Assembly: GCA_965113315.1 (NCBI GenBank)
Contig: OZ220363.1
Strand: one strand, 5' to 3'
DNA length: 64,000 bases
Source: Podarcis vaucheri
Taxonomy: Eukaryota
Every line of letters starts with the position of its first letter. Positions within the stretch are counted from its first letter, which is position 1. The position numbers and the translations under genes are program-made. Shown piece by piece: positions 62,651 to 64,000 of the stretch. The notes under the pieces are model-generated. The model saw only the letters and a program-made list of their open reading frames with translations, had not been told where the DNA came from and made no database searches.

Positions 62651-63682
62651 TCCCAATATGTCCTGCTCAAGGATTAATCTTTCACCCAGCATTGTGGTCC
62701 TCATCATAATGGCTGTCTCTGCAGGTGCATCTGCTGTGAAAATTCAAACACGGCTATTCTTCTATCTCATCTTGTTTGGTTCTAAGACAGAGCTCAAAAC
62801 TGCTGGCATTGAGCTCTAAAGCCAACAAGTGGGGTATCTCTTGCGGAAATTTCAGGGTACAGCCTAATCCTCGGTGCCAGAGGGAACGTTACAGGGTGCA
62901 TGAGACTATGACAGTAGATGTTTTCCAATTTCACTCTCCTATGGAAGTTGGGGGCGCAGCTGTGATGAGAGTGGCTTTGGCCCACCTGGTACTCTCCAAG
63001 TGTTCTGGACTACAAGTCCCATCAGCCCCAGCCAGTATGGCCAAGCTGGGAGTTACACCAGGTTGGCAAAAGCTGGAGAAGAGGGCTCTATCCTTGTTCC
63101 CTTTTCCTCCAGCCCAAGCTGTTCAGCTCTTCAGCTGGAGCTTTAATAGCCTCTATTGTCAATTGCATAATGGTACCAATTCCCAGCCCCCACCTACACA
63201 CACACACACAGAGAGAGACATGCAGTCTTCACCATCTGCTGCACGGAGCAGCACCTGCCTTTCGGTGCACTTTCCATTGCTAACGTCACTGGGAAAATCT
63301 TCTTATATAGTAAGTGGAGCCAATATCCCAGAACAGCATACGATTAAAAATAGCCTCTTGTTGCATGTGGAACCCTACTTGCTCTATAGACTAAACAACA
63401 GAGAGGCAGATAAAGAGATTGCAGGTGGCTAGCCTGCGAACAGTTACGGCACGGAGTGCTGAAATCTACACTCCTGCTCCCAGATGGAAGAGGGATGCTG
63501 CAGATATAGGGAAGTTAAAAACTCTTTCCAGTATCACGCAACACAGCCAAAATGGACTGCTCACACATTTCCTGTTACTTCTAATAAATGCTCCCTTTTG
63601 AATACTTTCAGCAAGTTCTCTTCCCACTTCCTGTTAAAATTGCTTCCCATCGCAAGTACTCTTCCTTACACCACCATTGAAC

Positions 63683-63817
63683 CATAGTTGGAAGGGACCC
63701 CAAGGGCCATCTAGTCCAACCCTCTACAATGCAGAAACATGCAGGTAGCCTTTATGGGGATCAAACCCACAAGCTTCGCATTATCAGCACCATGATCTAG
63801 CCATCAGAGCTAACTGG
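63683..63817 (-). mobile_element. tRNA-Ile-derived SINE with CR1-type tail
   Basis: Minus strand ccagttagctctgatggctagatcatggtgctgataat..gtttgatcccc..ggtcccttccaactatg. Confidence 0.78.
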
Positions 63818-64000
63818 AATATTTTGTTTCCTTTAATGAAATGAAGTGTGGTACAGTCTGCTAATGCTACTATAATTCCATTAGTCTTTAAGGTGCTGCA
63901 GGATTCTTTGTGTTTACTTTTACAGATTAACATGGCTGCCCCTCTGTAATTTTGGTTCTTCTGTGCCCACATTGTTCTTTTCCGAGCAAATCCCCTTTGA

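Noticed and set aside
55902-64000. MAPK8IP1 JNK-binding-domain exon (RPKRPTTLNLF) or a REST/NRSE site
   Set aside because: Neither found by eye; TCAGCACC matches (32793, 51614, 63784) lack the GGACAG half. Upstream exons presumably lie beyond the window, so absence is not evidence of loss.

Overview
Vertebrate genomic DNA, almost certainly a squamate and probably a lacertid lizard, judged from Sauria-type SINEs and lizard-type Tc1/mariner and hAT MITEs. It covers the syntenic block known in human as LARGE2 <- PEX16 -> FREY1/C11orf94 -> <- MAPK8IP1. Three genes were reconstructed by hand from splice signals and frame continuity. (1) A complete 11-exon PEX16 CDS (+, 23281-34078, 344 aa) whose intron 7 is a minor-spliceosome (U12) GT-AG intron with a tandem second U11-type site. 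(2) A complete 3-exon FREY1/C11orf94 orthologue (+, 37170-40458, 91 aa) that the ORF track misses; it needs a GC-AG intron and has a signal-peptide/dibasic-site/acidic-tyrosine layout like a prepropeptide. (3) The last 9 coding exons of MAPK8IP1/JIP1 (-, 55901-43131, 559 aa, SH3 + PTB + kinesin-binding tail). Bases 1-22.3 kb contain no recognisable coding exon and are inferred from synteny to be the 5' non-coding part of LARGE2, driven from a bidirectional CpG-island promoter shared with PEX16; a second CpG island lies at about 0.4-1.0 kb. The rest is introns with L2/CR1 LINE fragments, SINEs, MITEs and microsatellites. Most ORFs in the supplied track are spurious. Comparisons to human proteins are from recall, not from a database search.
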